Positions 25,895-26,257 of a stretch of DNA of 26,257 nucleotides are shown here, in pieces. Source of the stretch: a bacterium (GTDB lineage Archaea; Nanobdellota; Nanobdellia; SCGC-AAA011-G17; GW2011-AR17); the NCBI GenBank assembly GCA_030697685.1, contig JAUYPF010000043.1, positions 1 through 26,257 of the forward strand. The letters run 5' to 3'. The notes beneath the pieces were generated by a model, which was not told the origin of the DNA, ran no database searches, and saw only the letters and a program-made list of their open reading frames with translations. The first letter of the stretch is position 1, and the number at the start of each line of letters is the position of its first letter. Position numbers and translations under genes: made by a program.

Positions 25895-26257
25895 CTATTG
25901 AGGCTTCGTAGTAATAATCACTTTATCTGTATCCACATAAATAACATCTTCAAATTGTGCAATTTTTGATCCAGGAACTTCTAATAAAATTGGATATTCC
26001 ATAATATTTCCTGATCTTTTTAAGTTCAAAAAATCTACTTTAGAATATTTCAAATGTTCAACTACATATCTTTCAGTAAAAGGAAGACGTTTTCTTTTCT
26101 CAGAAATTGTTTTGCAAAGTTGTCTCAACCTCATATCTCTCATAGGAATAATACTTTTTTTCAATGCATAAATCACTGCATTAGGTGAGGATTTGATAAA
26201 CCCAGTTCCATTAGTGATAAAAATTTCAATAGCAAATGCATCTCCTGCTTCCATAAT
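25895..26257 (-). CDS. map: Methionine aminopeptidase type 2, C-terminal part (N-terminus beyond the window end)
   Basis: GDAFAIEIFITNGTG and IAQFEDVIYV match the conserved C-terminal MetAP2 pita-bread motifs (EVYAIEtFgSTG, AQFEHT). The frame is open to the window edge. Confidence 0.7.
   Translation of the reverse strand: MMEAGDAFAIEIFITNGTGFIKSSPNAVIYALKKSIIPMRDMRLRQLCKTISEKRKRLPFTERYVVEHLKYSKVDFLNLKRSGNIMEYPILLEVPGSKIAQFEDVIYVDTDKVIITTKPQ

Noticed and set aside
1-26257. CRISPR arrays, rRNA or tRNA genes
   Set aside because: No regularly spaced short repeats and no tRNA-like GC-rich cloverleaf segments found on visual scan. The only notable repeats are the 43-bp pair and the GGAAATCTTCC motifs.

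Overview
This is an AT-rich, densely coded archaeal chromosomal window. Archaeal or eukaryal-type ribosomal protein genes anchor that call. They form the L1-P0(L10)-P1(L12) operon at 1.1-2.9 kb and the conserved L7Ae-S28e-L24e-ndk cluster at 22.1-23.5 kb. An archaeal-type GluRS, a Nip7-like PUA protein and a MetAP2 fragment at the right edge support it.

Core genes include an M42 TET-type aminopeptidase and an ABC ATPase / COG1361-like secreted protein / FtsX permease trio. There is also an ABC1/UbiB kinase followed by a phasin-like protein, an NDK, and wHTH and AbrB-like regulators.

The most unusual structure is a perfect 43-bp direct repeat. It duplicates the 3' coding end of a compositionally atypical unknown gene (5485..6525). 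The repeat brackets a 2.6-kb two-gene cassette, a TTL-like ATP-grasp ligase plus an AlaDH/PNT-family dehydrogenase, and the cassette sits next to an AstE/AspA-family deacylase. This looks like a site-specific integration scar around a small metabolite or peptide-ligase islet.

Other accessory-like signals:
- a higher-GC block at 15.5-18.3 kb carrying an NrtR-like Nudix regulator, an NAD-kinase-family protein and an SPFH protein, next to an M50 protease gene remnant;
- an orphan PIN (VapC-like) gene flanked by three copies of a palindromic GGAAATCTTCC motif;
- a short exosortase/archaeosortase-like membrane protein.

I saw no tRNA, rRNA or CRISPR array.
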